Positions 62,622-64,000 of a stretch of 64,000 nucleotides of DNA are shown one piece after another. A model generated the notes under the pieces. That model worked only from the letters and a program-made list of their open reading frames with translations, was not told the origin of the DNA and did no database searches. The stretch is from Tilletiaria anomala UBC 951 (taxonomy: Eukaryota), in contig NW_013547012.1 in NCBI RefSeq assembly GCF_000711695.1, positions 186,001 to 250,000 on the forward strand, in the 5' to 3' direction. The position numbers were made by a program, and so were the translations under genes. The stretch's first letter is position 1. Each line of letters opens with the position of its first letter.

Positions 62622-62973
62622 GTTCAATGGTAACGTCTCAGGAAGAGAGAACGGCCATACGGACGATAGACTTGCCCTGCAAAAGGTGCTGAGGGGGATG
62701 GAAATGGTAGCAGTGGTGAAAGGACCCATGACAGCGAGTGTCGGATCACTTTCCTAATAATCAAAGTGATAAGTGTGACGTATGGTGTACGAATTCGCGC
62801 TGCTACTGGCATGTTTGATAGCACCGAGTCCCCTCACTTTACATAACTTGGTGTCATTCATAGCGTGAGAGCCCCACTGCAATCCTTGGAGCTCTGAGAA
62901 AGAGACTCGACCTTTTTCTATTGCACAGGTGTCATGACAAGCGCATCGGGAACACCTGCTTGAACTAGGCTCC

Positions 62974-64000
62974 ATGTCAGCCAATAGCGTAGGACATCGC
63001 AATGCAACTGGTGCGCGACGGGCCAACGGCGGTAGTGCTTTCGCAAGCAGTGCGACTTCCAGCAATTCTGGGCCCAAGCAAGTTGTGATCATTGGCGCAG
63101 GAATTGGTGGGTGTGCAATGGCTGCGAGGCTCGGGAAACTCGGTTACAAGGTCACCGTCTTCGAAAAGAACGAGTTTAGTGGCGGACGATGCTCACTCAT
63201 TCACGCAAATGGGCACAGATGGGACCAAGGTCCTTCCCTGTATCTCATGCCTGAGCTATTCGAACGAGCTTTCAAAGACCTGGGCGAAGATGTCAAGAAT
63301 CACTATGCGCTTCACACCTGCAACCCAACATATAATATCCACTTTGCAGACGGTGAAAAGTTCACGCTCACGCCCAACTTGGCCGAGATGGGACCGCAGC
63401 TCGAGCGCTTGGAAAGGCCAGAAGGTGTCAACGACCCACTTGGAAACTTTATCAAGTTCCTGAAGGAGGCAGGGGAGCACTACGAAGAGAGCATCGAGCA
63501 TGTCCTCCTTAAGGACTGGAGTGTTAGCCCGTTGTCGCTGCTGCGGATTGAGCTTCTCCTGATGCTGTGGAGGACCAAAGCCCTGCGTGTCTATCGAAGC
63601 CTCTACGGTCGGGCGAGGTGAATCGAATCATTCGGGACGGGAAGATTTTGTGAACAAGCCTCAATATGATTCTTTGTTCTCCTGCAGTAACTTCTTCCGC
63701 AGCTCTCATGTTCGACAAGCGATGACATTCAGCTCGATGTTCATGGGCATATCACCGTTCCGTGCGCCAGCCACTTACTCGCTCCTCCAATATGCAGAAA
63801 ACTCAAAGGGCGTGCTATATCCCATCGGCGGGTTCCACAAGGTCGTCGAGTCGCTGGAGAAAATCGCCAACAAGAAATTCGGGGTCGAATTCCGATATAA
63901 CGCCGGCGTCAAGAAAGTCTTACCGAACTTGCAATGTCCAGGACGGGTGCTCGGTGTTGAGCTTGACTCGGGCGAGGAGGTCAAAGCAGACTTAGTCGTG
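62974..64000 (+). CDS. crtI: Phytoene desaturase (CrtI/CarB/Al-1 type), runs off the right end; intron about 63618-63687
   Basis: VIIGAGIGG...VTVFEKNEFSGGRCSLI...WDQGPSLYLMPELF, RQAMTFSSMFMGISPFRAPATYSLLQYAE...YPIGGFHKV. Confidence 0.92.

Overview
Gene-dense, intron-containing fungal genomic DNA. It is GC-rich, with GT/GC-AG introns and CTRAY branch points. Gene content and protein style suggest a basidiomycete, probably Ustilaginomycotina; this is an inference. About 21 intact protein-coding genes are present: a conserved membrane protein (partial), FZO1, a divergent RPL25/RPL17 pair, Aurora kinase, KGD1, a TOK K+ channel, JLP2/CCDC25, BUB3, an MGRN1/LOG2-type RING ligase, NMD3, VPS16, COQ6, MRPL32, ETF-beta, a secreted alpha/beta hydrolase, a Zn2Cys6 transcription factor, an MCT-type MFS transporter, PAP1, COQ7 and phytoene desaturase (partial). 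There are two clear pseudogenes and at least one probable one. I recognised no tRNA, rRNA, CRISPR array or intact mobile element, and no wholly new multi-gene system. The most interesting signals are at the RNA-processing level: long-range base-paired stems that zip the 5' splice site to the branch point in the long ribosomal-protein introns, a candidate zero-length-exon (recursive) splice point in KGD1 intron 1, and a 7-nt micro-exon plus a GC-AG intron in JLP2. A yeast-like RRPE+PAC motif pair lies upstream of NMD3. A decayed tandem hydrolase paralog has a different intron position and a deletion of its catalytic region. All gene models and pairings were read by eye.
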